Translations under genes and position numbers: made by a program
Shown here: in pieces, positions 18,035 through 27,278 of the stretch
Numbering within the stretch: position 1 is the stretch's first letter
Layout of the letters: each line of letters starts with the position of its first letter
Virus record (IMG/VR): IMGVR_UViG_2541047758_000018
Direction: 5' to 3' (one strand)
Length of the DNA stretch: 34,871 nt
From: a virus
Taxonomy: Duplodnaviria; Heunggongvirae; Uroviricota; Caudoviricetes
Notes under the pieces: model-generated
The model's input: the letters and a program-made list of their open reading frames with translations, nothing else
What the model was told of the DNA's origin: nothing
The model's database searches: none

Positions 18035-18766
18035 ATGAATCAACCAATACACAATGCTTACTGGTTATCCCGTTTTGAAAGTATTCTCAACAGTGCCCTG
18101 GCGCAACACCGTGCCGTCTCGTTAATCCGGGTGGATTTACGTTTCCCTGAGTATATGCCTGCCACCATTATGGATACCGATTTAGATTCAGCGGTGATTT
18201 CTCGTTTTTTCGAATCCCTGAAAGCAAAAATTCAGGCTTACCAGCGACATAAACGACGTGCCAACAAGCGTGTGCATGCAACCACTCTGCGTTATTTCTG
18301 GTGCCGGGAGTTCGGCAAGGAAAAAGGCAGGAAACATTATCACGTGATATTACTGCTCAACAAAGATACCTGGTGCTCGCCAGGGGATTTCACCGTTCCT
18401 TCTTCGCTGGCGACGCTGATCCAACTGGCATGGTGCAGTGCTCTGCATCTTGAGCCCTGGCAGGGTAATGGACTGGTTCATTTTTCCAGGCGGACGCCTT
18501 TCCGTAAACCGACATCATCCGATGCTCGCCCTTCTTCCGATGACACGCCTTTACCTGGTGGATGTTCTGATACCCGGAAGGATTCTGACAAAAAGTCTGG
18601 TGGATCCGCTGTGCTCTGGATCAAGCGTGGTGATGTAGAAGCGATGCAGAAAGCCATGGAGAGAGCCCGTTATCTCGTGAAGTATGAGACGAAGCAGCAT
18701 GACGGTTCTGGTCAACGTAATTATGGTTGCAGTCGTGGAGCGGGGCGTCTACTGGATGGCAGGTGA
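18035..18766 (+). CDS. CP4-type prophage protein, YagK/YfjJ-like (inovirus Gp2-like family) - assignment from memory of family features
   Basis: 243-aa protein with RVDLRFP ... KHYHVILLL pattern; tandem paralog arrangement next to an AlpA-like gene as in CP4-6/CP4-57 cryptic prophages. Confidence 0.45.
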   Translation: MNQPIHNAYWLSRFESILNSALAQHRAVSLIRVDLRFPEYMPATIMDTDLDSAVISRFFESLKAKIQAYQRHKRRANKRVHATTLRYFWCREFGKEKGRKHYHVILLLNKDTWCSPGDFTVPSSLATLIQLAWCSALHLEPWQGNGLVHFSRRTPFRKPTSSDARPSSDDTPLPGGCSDTRKDSDKKSGGSAVLWIKRGDVEAMQKAMERARYLVKYETKQHDGSGQRNYGCSRGAGRLLDGR

Positions 18767-18916
18767 ACCCTGTAAAACGGCATCCGGTGCCTGAGCGTAT
18801 GCCACGGTAGGGCGTCAGCCAACGCCCTTACCTCGTATTCTGATCACTCATTCTGAAGTCATGCAACGGTATTTTTATCTGCTTCCGCTCTTGGAAACAC
18901 TCCGTCGGTAAAAACT

Positions 18917-18956
18917 TACCGCCTTGATTAATGATGTGAACCGAAGTCAACGGAGG
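18917..18956 (+). promoter_or_regulatory. Conserved motif, copy 2
   Basis: taccgccttgattaatgatgtgaaccgaagtcaacggagg; shares tgattaatgatgtgaa...gtcaa...gga with copy 1. Confidence 0.45.
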
Positions 18957-19149
18957 TCATTCACCTTAAACCCACCTCAGGAATTTTACACCTGTCAGGT
19001 CTCCTGACTGTCCTGGCATACGACATCTGCCATCCCCGGTTCCACGGTTATTACATCAACAACCTCTGTACACGACGCCTTCAGTTTCACAATACGCTCG
19101 TCTTTCGCTGGCGGGGATGCGTCGTGCGTTTCTATATGGAGCATATCTT

Positions 19150-19722
19150 ATGAATGGTATCCCTCATTTCGACTATAGCCTGGCGCCCTTCTGGCCGTCT
19201 TATCAGAACAAAATCATCGGTGTTCTCAACCGTGCGCTGCGTGAACAGTCCTGCTCCCGGGTACGGCGGATCCTGCTTCGTCTGCCATGTGAATATGACA
19301 CTACCTTCAGTAGCAGAAAGACCTGGTTTGGTATGGACTTTATCGAAACTGTCAGTGCGCTGATGAATGCAAACCCCGGACGTGATCTCTGCTGGCTCCT
19401 GACTCGTCATCCGGAAAAGCCGGAATACCACGTGGTGCTGTGCGTCAGACAGGAGTATTTCGACGGCCCCGAACTGGATCGGTTGATACTGGATGCCTGG
19501 AGCAACGTACTGGGCTTCGCGTCACCGGGTGAAGCGGCACCGTACCAGAAGCAGATAACACGGGATGTGGTGCTGGACAGTCGTTCACCGGACTGCGAAG
19601 ACATCCTCAAAGAGCTGATATGGGCATTCAGTGATTTCGCCCGCGATCGTCGTGGTGTGCGCGATCCGGAAGCCCGTTACCTCGTCGGTAATCCCTGGTA
19701 TCCCGTAGCAGGCCAGCTCTGA
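19150..19722 (+). CDS. Second YagK/YfjJ-like paralog (190 aa); start placed at ATG 19150 (ggag Shine-Dalgarno 9 nt upstream), alternative start 19117
   Basis: RILLRLPCEYD ... EYHVVLCVRQEYF parallels RVDLRFPEY ... HYHVILLLNKD of the upstream paralog. Confidence 0.45.
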   Translation: MNGIPHFDYSLAPFWPSYQNKIIGVLNRALREQSCSRVRRILLRLPCEYDTTFSSRKTWFGMDFIETVSALMNANPGRDLCWLLTRHPEKPEYHVVLCVRQEYFDGPELDRLILDAWSNVLGFASPGEAAPYQKQITRDVVLDSRSPDCEDILKELIWAFSDFARDRRGVRDPEARYLVGNPWYPVAGQL

Positions 19723-19790
19723 AAGCACAGTTCAGCAGATTCACCCGCATTTGCCCAACCTTCATAAATCTCACAAAGGACATTCTGACC

Positions 19791-20024
19791 ATGTTGACCA
19801 CAACAAGCCACGACAGCGTATTGCTGCGTGCTGACGATCCCCTGATCGACATGAACTACATCACCAGTTTCACCGGTATGACCGATAAATGGTTTTACAA
19901 GCTGATCAGTGAAGGCCATTTTCCTAAACCCATCAAACTGGGTCGCAGCAGCCGCTGGTACAAAAGCGAAGTGGAGCAGTGGATGCAGCAGCGAATCGAG
20001 GAGTCACGAGGAGCTGCTGCATGA
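19791..20024 (+). CDS. AlpA-family HTH regulator (second copy in window)
   Basis: NYITSFTGMTDKWFYKLISEGHFPKPIKLGRSSRWYKSEVEQWM matches the AlpA pattern (HTH then FP.P.K.G...RW...EV..W). The true start may be the internal ATG at 19851. Confidence 0.6.
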   Translation: MLTTTSHDSVLLRADDPLIDMNYITSFTGMTDKWFYKLISEGHFPKPIKLGRSSRWYKSEVEQWMQQRIEESRGAAA

Positions 20025-20289
20025 AACGTGTTGTAATACCGGTACGCTGGCGATGTGCAAAATGCCGGCGCTGGTATTGTGGAAATCAGCCCTGTCCCTG
20101 GTGCTGGCGACACTCTCGTTCATCTTTCTGCTGATACCCTCCTGTCAGTAGCGGGTTGTAGCTCTTCCCTGACCGATTTGTCATTCCACTCTTATTGTTT
20201 ATAACGGGTATTGAGCCGGTACTGGCGTGTTTTCCTGCATGTTTGCACCGGTTCAGTAAAATTCAACAGGATTCGAAAAGGAACATTTC

Positions 20290-20838
20290 GTGCAAATAAC
20301 CGAAGCATTACTTTCAGAGCCAGGGGAAATCCGGCGTTTTGTTCAGCAGGCGGTGGATCACTGGCCGCATCTGTTGGCATTTCACTTCACGCTCCATTCG
20401 GCTGAAGAAAACATCAACGGGCAACGGGTTCAGACATTCTGTACTTCCTTTTACCGGCAGGTACACGAACGTATTGCTGAACGTAATCACACGGCCAGTC
20501 CATCATCGCCGTTGGTATTACGCTGGTTGCGGGAACAACATGGAAAAGCAACAATACGATGCCTGTTGCTGCTCAGCCAGACGAGCATTTGCCATCCGCG
20601 AGCCAGTGTCACAGTTGATGAACAATGTTCGCAAGTGGTGGATTTACTGCAACATAGCTGGCAGGTGATAAGTGCTGGCGGACAATGCCGGGTGGAAAGG
20701 TGTTTTCGGGTTGCCCGGGGTGATACATCCGGTCAGTATGTTGCGTTAAAAACAGTCGCATTGTCTCTGGGGTTACCGGTTGTGACCGCCATTACCCATC
20801 GTCCGGTACAGCGCTGTACATTGATTACAGCTCAGTGA
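20290..20838 (+). CDS. Hypothetical protein (182 aa, GTG start in ORF track)
   Basis: ORF only; weak resemblance to the YagK/YfjJ-like neighbours (HFTLH ... RCLLLLS). Confidence 0.4.
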   Translation: MQITEALLSEPGEIRRFVQQAVDHWPHLLAFHFTLHSAEENINGQRVQTFCTSFYRQVHERIAERNHTASPSSPLVLRWLREQHGKATIRCLLLLSQTSICHPRASVTVDEQCSQVVDLLQHSWQVISAGGQCRVERCFRVARGDTSGQYVALKTVALSLGLPVVTAITHRPVQRCTLITAQ

Positions 20839-20839
20839 A

Positions 20840-21181
20840 TCAGCGCTTTCTGGCTTTTCGTCGGTCATTCAGCACCATTAGCCGGGCCTCTGCCTCTTTC
20901 TGTTCCTGTAGTGTCACTTCCCCGCACGGCAGCCCCTTCAGATCGTAACGGGCGCCATCTGCCATTAACGCACATGAATAGTGCGGAGACTGCACATAAG
21001 ACGCCACTGCCGCGTGTAATGTACCAGCGCCAAACGCCAGTTCTCTGATGGCGATATCCTGTATCAGGTCGTCAGGTATCTCAACTTTAAGCGGTTGGGG
21101 TTTTTCCCGGTTGAATAACTCAGGCCAGAGTTCCACAAGACGATTAATACGCTTACGGTTTTTACGCTGGCGTTTTGTCAT
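20840..21181 (-). CDS. ProQ/FinO-domain RNA-binding protein (113 aa)
   Basis: LVELWPELFN...PLKVEIPDDLIQDIA...LHAAVASYVQSPHYSCALMADGARYDLKGLPCGEV aligns by eye to E. coli ProQ (LAERFPHCF...PLKIGIFQDLVDRVA...[35 protein letters not shown]). Confidence 0.65.
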   Translation of the reverse strand: MTKRQRKNRKRINRLVELWPELFNREKPQPLKVEIPDDLIQDIAIRELAFGAGTLHAAVASYVQSPHYSCALMADGARYDLKGLPCGEVTLQEQKEAEARLMVLNDRRKARKR

Positions 21182-22014
21182 ATGCCGCCACGGTGTTTTT
21201 TCAGCAGAGCAGGGCTCTGTTTATCGTTCAACTGTGGTATCCGTTCCCTGGCCTTCACGTTGTGTGCAGTGTTCGTTTTATCCTGCAGCGGCGTTGCCGG
21301 TGATTTACTGAAAATGCCCTGTGGTTTACGGTTAATGGTCAGCGTTACCATCAGTATTGTTACCTCATGCTGTCAATGGAAGTAGTACTCCATCCAGAGC
21401 CTTGGCGACCCCGGGGCTGAAAACGAAACAATAACCCGCGCACAGTGCGAGGAGCCCGGGCGTGAAGCAATCAGCAGGTAATATTAATGGCAAGACCAGT
21501 AGGTTCTTTAAACAAACGAACAATATCAGCAAATACGACAACTCCCGGAGAGGTAAAAAGTTTTTCACTTGAGCACTTCTTAAAAAAATGGAGACGAACA
21601 AAAATGGGGCGACATACCTGGAAAGTATTGCTACCAGATGATGCTAAAAAGCAGAAATAGTGTTCCAGGCCTGAAAGGGATGAGAATCAGTATCTGTGTG
21701 TATTTATAACATCTTCTTGAAGAGGCTGGAGATTGTTAGTCCATTAGTATAATCGATATTCGTGTTCCTGCGAATATGCAGGCTACACCAGATATATGAT
21801 TGCTACCGAATTTCATCAGTTTGATGAAATTACGCATCATACTGCGGGCTTTTCTCATTAACATTAACGAAAGTGAATGGACTCAGACAAGTAGTGACCG
21901 GCGCAATTTCGCTAAGTATCAAATACAAAGAACGTTCTCTTACTTTCTGCGATGGCCTTTCCTTCGGAAAGGAAGTGACGATTAAGTACCGAAAAATGTG
22001 ATACACATATTATT

Positions 22015-22049
22015 TTTATGGCAAATCACCTGATAGGATTTGCCATAAA
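22015..22049. promoter_or_regulatory. Perfect 13-bp-arm palindrome about 25 nt upstream of the H-NS-like gene (candidate operator or hairpin)
   Basis: tttatggcaaatc-acctgatag-gatttgccataaa. Confidence 0.45.
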
Positions 22050-22074
22050 TGAATGAAAAGCTGAGTGTTAATAA

Positions 22075-22509
22075 ATGAGTAAGAAGAAAATTTCTTTTGA
22101 AAATGAAGAGTTCATTACTTACCGGGCATTACTTCTGAGTATTGACTTTGTTAAAAAACTGGTTATAGAAATGTCTGATGAAGATTTAAATAAGGTTAAG
22201 GAAAACTTTGACATAGCTATTCAGCAACGTAATGAGCGAAAGGAAAATATGAAAGCTATCAAATCACTCATGGATGAACATGGTATATCTCTGGAAGATT
22301 TTTATTGTGAATTTGGCAAAAAATCACAGGCAGGCAGAAAAAGTGTGTCAGGAAGGCATAAATACGAGTATGACGATAACGGTAAAAGAATGTACTGGAA
22401 TGGACAAGGACGTCGGCCTAAGGCCATAGCAGAGGCTATAAAAGCCGGAGGTTCTCTTGATGATTTTCTTATATCTCAGGAAGTATCATCTGGTCCTGAT
22501 TATGAATAA
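22075..22509 (+). CDS. H-NS family nucleoid-associated protein paralog (144 aa), island-borne
   Basis: C-terminal DNA-binding signature YEYDDNGKRMYWNGQGRRPKAIAEAIKAGGSLDDFLI matches H-NS Y.Y.DENGE.KTWTGQGRTP..I.....LDDFLI; N-terminal coiled-coil-like region; AT-rich gene. Confidence 0.8.
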   Translation: MSKKKISFENEEFITYRALLLSIDFVKKLVIEMSDEDLNKVKENFDIAIQQRNERKENMKAIKSLMDEHGISLEDFYCEFGKKSQAGRKSVSGRHKYEYDDNGKRMYWNGQGRRPKAIAEAIKAGGSLDDFLISQEVSSGPDYE

Positions 22510-22925
22510 CAGCAATATATATTTTGATCTGTATTAATATCAAGAAATATATAGTAAACACTTCTCCGGAGTTGATATATTATCGGCAGGGAATGAAAAT
22601 GCCTGACTTCATGCTAATATATGGCAATAAAGATAAATGAGTTATACTGTAGAGTTATGAAATAACGATAGTGATAAGAGCCAGTCAGCGAGACTGATTG
22701 TTTTATCTGTACTGGCAGCAGGCAGTTTACCATGGCTTACTGCTTCAGCTTCTGAATCTGTGTTGATGATATTTATCTGTTTATAAGGCAAGGCTTGTCT
22801 CTGTGAGTTGGTAATCTTTATCCCGGGATAGCTTTTCTCTGTATTTTTAGTATAGCCAGTAATCGATTACTCCTGTATGCGCAAAAATATAGCAACTCAT
22901 CCATGGTAAACATGTCAGCTTTTAC

Positions 22926-23498
22926 CTACATATAGATAAATTCATATTTCACGATATACGACCCAATTTTATTAACACGAGCTGTTACCCATACACCTGT
23001 CATCCCCTGTTTATGGTGACTGCGCGGGAACTCTTTATTTGTACAAAGTTGTATCCATCTGGAAGTGTTTTGATCTTTCAACCAGAGTCCCGCTTCACAA
23101 TGTCCATACTTTCCTCTTGATGGTCCCGGAAAAACAACATCATATTCAGATTCATAGCTAATAACCTTATCCGGAAAAAGATAAACACAGACATCGTAAC
23201 AGTTCAGACTCAGTATAAATCCAAGACAAAATCCCCCCGTGAATGCATTTAATAAATACTTTAATGTTCTGTTAAAGGTGCGGATATAAAATGCATAAAT
23301 AAAAGAAAGAGAACCGGTGGTTATACCGGTGCAAAAATATGTTGTCCATTCAGGTACCGTATTTTGTAAAACAGTATAATGAGATATGGCGGATGCCCAC
23401 AACATATACCAGCACAAACCACCTGCAATAAGATATGTTATTGCTGTGGAAAACCATTTCCTGTATTTATTTTCAGGGTGATTGTTTTTGCCCATCAA
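22926..23498 (-). CDS. Hypothetical membrane protein (190 aa, about 4 predicted TM segments plus C-terminal soluble domain)
   Basis: Hydrophobic stretches ITYLIAGGLCWYMLWASAI, GITTGSLSFIYAFYI, FTGGFCLGFILSL; AT-rich; lies 97 bp downstream of, and co-directional with, the dGTPase gene. Confidence 0.5.
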   Translation of the reverse strand: MMGKNNHPENKYRKWFSTAITYLIAGGLCWYMLWASAISHYTVLQNTVPEWTTYFCTGITTGSLSFIYAFYIRTFNRTLKYLLNAFTGGFCLGFILSLNCYDVCVYLFPDKVISYESEYDVVFPGPSRGKYGHCEAGLWLKDQNTSRWIQLCTNKEFPRSHHKQGMTGVWVTARVNKIGSYIVKYEFIYM

Positions 23499-23595
23499 CG
23501 CATTTCCAGAATATTTAAAAATAACCTGTCACCGAAACAGAATAAAGGCGCAATAACCATAACGGGAAAATATGCGCCTCTGGTAATCGACAGTG

Positions 23596-24849
23596 TTACT
23601 TCAGACAGTGAGTTTCCCATTCCTTGACTGCAAATGTATCCATCATACCTGAAATATAGTCAACCACTGCTCGTTTTTTGCTGATTTTAAATATATAGGA
23701 ATCTGGTTGGGGTAAGGTGAATTTAAGTTCAGGAGGCAGAAATTTATAATTCTCTCCTTCATTGTAAAAGTCATATAAATCCCTGATTATTTTATTTCCC
23801 CTGAACTCATAGGTGAGGATATTACGTTTTCGCATGATGACTTTAAAGAGAAGTTTTTTGAGCCCTTCGGATAACGCATTCAGTTTCCCGAATCCCAGTT
23901 CCTGAAAACCATTCAGGTTCGTTACTACAGAAATATCTGCAACGAGGCGATTGACAATATTTGAAGTTAACTCCTTGCGGAATATGATGGCAAATTCTTC
24001 TGAGGTTTTCAGTAAGTTAGCCTGAAAAGCGGTGTTTCTCGACTGAGTAACGATTTCCCTGAACTGTTCCCTCGCTCCCCGGAATTCGTCAGAAATCTGA
24101 AACTCATATTCAATATCTTCAATCGTGACCATGTTCCTGCTAAGGGCATCTTCCAGGTCATGCGCGGCATAGGCAATCTCATCCGCGAGATCCATTATCT
24201 GCGCATCAATCGTTTTCTCTCCGGGATTCAGATCGAGCTGATTTTCAGCAAGCAGGTTAATGTAAAAATAGTAATCATCATCATAAATGAACTTGCCGGC
24301 AGTAGCTGCAGCGCGGGGGATGGGATACTTAACAACCGAAAGTAAACTACGGTGAGTCAGATTTAATCCGTTGCAGTATGAAAATTTCTTCTCCAGTTTT
24401 CTCAGGATACGTAGCGCCTGTGCATTGCCTTCATAGCCGCCGATTTCTTCAGACAGTTCATTAAGCAGTTTTTCACCGGAATGACCGAAAGGAGGATTTC
24501 CGATGTCATGCGCCAGCGCTGCCAGTTCAACCACCACCGGGTTAACCAGTTTGAGGTCTGACGCGATACTTCGGGCGATCTGAGCAACCTCAAGACTGTG
24601 CGTTAATCTGTTTCTGTTGAATTTTTCAGGATCAATTTCAAAAAGTTGCATCTTTCCCTGCAGCCTGCGAAATGATGATGAATACAGAATACGCGCATAA
24701 TCCCGTTGATAATTATCCCGGCTTCTTGTTTCACCATCGGGGGACGGGTGCTCTCTGGTATCAGCAAGCGCACTGATAAGTTTTTGTTCCTGCTCTTGCG
24801 CAAATTCTTTTAATTCATTGCAGTACATATTTCTTCCTTTCTGGAGCAT
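23596..24849 (-). CDS. dGTP triphosphohydrolase-family HD-domain protein (short form, 417 aa) - probable antiphage dNTP-depleting dGTPase
   Basis: Aligns by eye to E. coli Dgt motifs: FRRLQGKMQLF (IRRLQQKTQVF), RLTHSLEVAQIARSIA, LAHDIGNPPFGHSGE, YEGNAQALRIL, MDLADEIAYAAHDLEDA, DYISGMMDTFA; shorter than housekeeping Dgt (505 aa). Confidence 0.85.
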   Translation of the reverse strand: MLQKGRNMYCNELKEFAQEQEQKLISALADTREHPSPDGETRSRDNYQRDYARILYSSSFRRLQGKMQLFEIDPEKFNRNRLTHSLEVAQIARSIASDLKLVNPVVVELAALAHDIGNPPFGHSGEKLLNELSEEIGGYEGNAQALRILRKLEKKFSYCNGLNLTHRSLLSVVKYPIPRAAATAGKFIYDDDYYFYINLLAENQLDLNPGEKTIDAQIMDLADEIAYAAHDLEDALSRNMVTIEDIEYEFQISDEFRGAREQFREIVTQSRNTAFQANLLKTSEEFAIIFRKELTSNIVNRLVADISVVTNLNGFQELGFGKLNALSEGLKKLLFKVIMRKRNILTYEFRGNKIIRDLYDFYNEGENYKFLPPELKFTLPQPDSYIFKISKKRAVVDYISGMMDTFAVKEWETHCLK

Positions 24850-24978
24850 GTTACCAAATCAGAATACCGGATGAACAAAACTGGTGGCTACATCCTGTAG
24901 GGATTATGTATTAGTAAGCTCTGGCCATTAGTGCCATTTCAGGTTATGTGATCCTACTCACGTAATATGGACACAGGC

Positions 24979-25845
24979 CTAAGTGAGGTTCTGGTTTTCA
25001 AATTGTTCCGGACTGAGGCCGCCACACCAACTGTGCCGCCGCCACCGATTGTAATCACATTCGATATAATTAAACACCGTTGCCCGCATTATTTCCCGGC
25101 TGATAAAGTGTTCTCCATGGATACATTCCACTTTCAGCGAATGAAAGAAGCTTTCCACGCAGGCATTATCGTAGCAGCAACCTTTTGCGCTCATACTTCC
25201 ACGCAGATTATGCCGCTTCAGTTGCGCCTGATAATCTGCTGAACAGTACTGGCCTCCACGGTCCGTGTGAACGATAACGTTCCGGGGCCTCTTACGCCGC
25301 CACAGCGCCATCTGCAGGGCATCGCAGGCCAGTTGCGCCGTCATGCGTGGCGACATTGACCAGCCAATAACGGCACGTGACCACAGGTCAATGACCACTG
25401 CCAGATACAGCCAGCCTTCATCTGTACGTAAGTACGTGATGTCTCCTGCCCACTTCTGGTTCGGGCCACTGGCGTAAAAATCCTGCTCCAACAGATTTTC
25501 TGACACAGGCAGGCCGTGTGCGCGGTAGCTGACCGGGCTGAACTTCCGGGAGGCCTTTGCCCTCAGTCCCTGACGGCGCAGGCTTGCCGCCACGGTTTTT
25601 ACGTTAAAGGGGTAACCCTGAGCACGCAGTTCATCCGTCAGGCGTGGGGCACCGTAACGCTGTTTTGACCGGGTAAAAGCCGCGAGGACAACGCTGTCGC
25701 AGTGTTGGCGGAACTGCTGACGCGTGCTTATCCTTGTCCGCCGCTGACACCACGTATACCAGCCGCTGCGGGCCACCCGGAGCACGCGGCACATTGCTTT
25801 GATGCTGAACTCAGCCTGATGTTTTTCAATAAAGACATACTTCAT
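24979..25845 (-). CDS. insF: IS3 transposase OrfB (InsF)
   Basis: [32 protein letters not shown] ... [34 protein letters not shown] ... HTDRGGQY is the IS3 InsF sequence as I recall it. Confidence 0.9.
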   Translation of the reverse strand: MKYVFIEKHQAEFSIKAMCRVLRVARSGWYTWCQRRTRISTRQQFRQHCDSVVLAAFTRSKQRYGAPRLTDELRAQGYPFNVKTVAASLRRQGLRAKASRKFSPVSYRAHGLPVSENLLEQDFYASGPNQKWAGDITYLRTDEGWLYLAVVIDLWSRAVIGWSMSPRMTAQLACDALQMALWRRKRPRNVIVHTDRGGQYCSADYQAQLKRHNLRGSMSAKGCCYDNACVESFFHSLKVECIHGEHFISREIMRATVFNYIECDYNRWRRHSWCGGLSPEQFENQNLT

Positions 25846-26150
25846 TTCAGGCGCTTCGCGAAGTATGTCGCGGCCTTTTGGAGGATAGCCAGCTCTTCAT
25901 CCCGTTCTGCCAGCTGGCGTTTGAGACGTGCAATCTCGGTAGACATCTCCAGTTCACGTTCAGAAGACGTCTGCTGATTTTGCTGTTTACTGCGCCAGTT
26001 GTAGAGTTGTGATTCATACAGGCTGAGTTCACGGGCTGCGGCAGTAACACCGATGCGTTCAGCAAGCTTCAGGGCTTCACTGCGAAATTCAGGCGAATGC
26101 TGTTTACGGGGTTTTTTACTGGTTGATACTGTTTTTGTCATGTGAGTCAC
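25842..26150 (-). CDS. insE: IS3 transposase OrfA (InsE)
   Basis: [52 protein letters not shown]...; start may be the internal ATG (MTKTV). Confidence 0.9.
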   Translation of the reverse strand: MTHMTKTVSTSKKPRKQHSPEFRSEALKLAERIGVTAAARELSLYESQLYNWRSKQQNQQTSSERELEMSTEIARLKRQLAERDEELAILQKAATYFAKRLK

Positions 26151-26297
26151 CTCTGACTGAGAGTTTACTCACTTAGCCGCGTGTCCACTATTGCTGGGTA
26201 AGATCACCCTGTGAACCATGTTGATATTGATACTATATTGACTATATGCCATACAGGTGGTAATGATTAGTTACTACCATACAGGAAAAGGTAGAAA

Positions 26298-27278
26298 ATG
26301 ACTCTTTTGGTAACGGCTGAGTGTGTTGACGATCTGATAAACGATGTTCATCAAGCTATCCTAGCGGATGGACTCAGTAACGATCCTACAAAAGGATCAA
26401 CTCTAGAGATTCTTGGTGCCTATCTTGTCCTTACCGACCCCCGCCGAAGAATAAGTAGAACAGAATCCCGAGGAAAACTAATTAGTTGCTTAGGTGAATT
26501 TCTGTGGTATCTCTCAGCTCAGAACGATCTTGAGTTTATAAAACACTTCATACCACGTTACGCTGAATCCGCTGAGTCAGATGGGAAAATACATGGTGGT
26601 TACGGGCCACGGTTGTTTAATATGCGTGGTTTATATAATCAGCTAAAAAATGTCATCAACCTTTTGCAGGAGAAAAAACCTACCAGACGTGCAGTAATAC
26701 AGCTTTTCGATGCCTCAGACTTGGTGCCCTCAAAAACTGAACAGCGAGAATACGTAGATATTCCTTGTACAATATCTATGCAGTTTATTGTCAGATGTGA
26801 AGAGCTGCATCTATTTGTTTGTATGCGTTCTAACGATGCCTTTATGGGGCTGCCTCATGATGTATTTGCGTTCACGATGCTACAGGAATTAGTTGCCCGC
26901 TTGATAGGATGCGAATTGGGTCACTATCATCACTTTGTATCCAGCCTACATCTCTATAAAAATGATTTAGAAAAAGTGAAGGCTCTTCAGAAAGAGGGGT
27001 TCATGAGCACCCTACCAGTCATGGGATCGATGCCTGAAATGCATTCCTTAGATGATATCTTACCCCTGCTTGAGGCAGAAAAAGCTCTTCGAGAGAATAA
27101 GGAATTTGATATTGACACTACTTCCTTGAATGACTACTGGAAGGATTTATTGCGTATATTAAAAATCCACTTTTTGTTACGTTCACATACACCCAACCAC
27201 AAAGGACTAGCCTTCCAAGAGTTGGCTGCAATGAAAAATCAGGAATATCGGTTTATTTTTGAAGGAAGACTACAATGA
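26298..27278 (+). CDS. Thymidylate-synthase-fold pyrimidine C5-modifying enzyme (ThyA / dCMP-hydroxymethylase-like), 326 aa
   Basis: Aligns by eye to E. coli ThyA: LISCLGEFLWYL (IIHELLWFL), RRAVIQLFD (RRIIVSAWN), nucleophile Cys in IPCTISMQF (APCHAFFQF), MRSNDAFMGLPHD (QRSCDVFLGLPFN), HLY (THLY). The specificity Asn is replaced by Asp, as in dCMP hydroxymethylase. Confidence 0.8.
   Translation: MTLLVTAECVDDLINDVHQAILADGLSNDPTKGSTLEILGAYLVLTDPRRRISRTESRGKLISCLGEFLWYLSAQNDLEFIKHFIPRYAESAESDGKIHGGYGPRLFNMRGLYNQLKNVINLLQEKKPTRRAVIQLFDASDLVPSKTEQREYVDIPCTISMQFIVRCEELHLFVCMRSNDAFMGLPHDVFAFTMLQELVARLIGCELGHYHHFVSSLHLYKNDLEKVKALQKEGFMSTLPVMGSMPEMHSLDDILPLLEAEKALRENKEFDIDTTSLNDYWKDLLRILKIHFLLRSHTPNHKGLAFQELAAMKNQEYRFIFEGRLQ

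Larger units (their letters stand above)
24949..26206 (-). mobile_element. IS3 (1258 bp), complete copy, minus orientation
   Basis: Ends tgatcctacccacgtaatatggacacaggcctaag (24949-) and ...gtgtccactattgctgggtaagatca (-26206) match the IS3 terminal inverted repeats; length 1258 bp; encodes InsE/InsF with canonical sequences. Confidence 0.9.
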
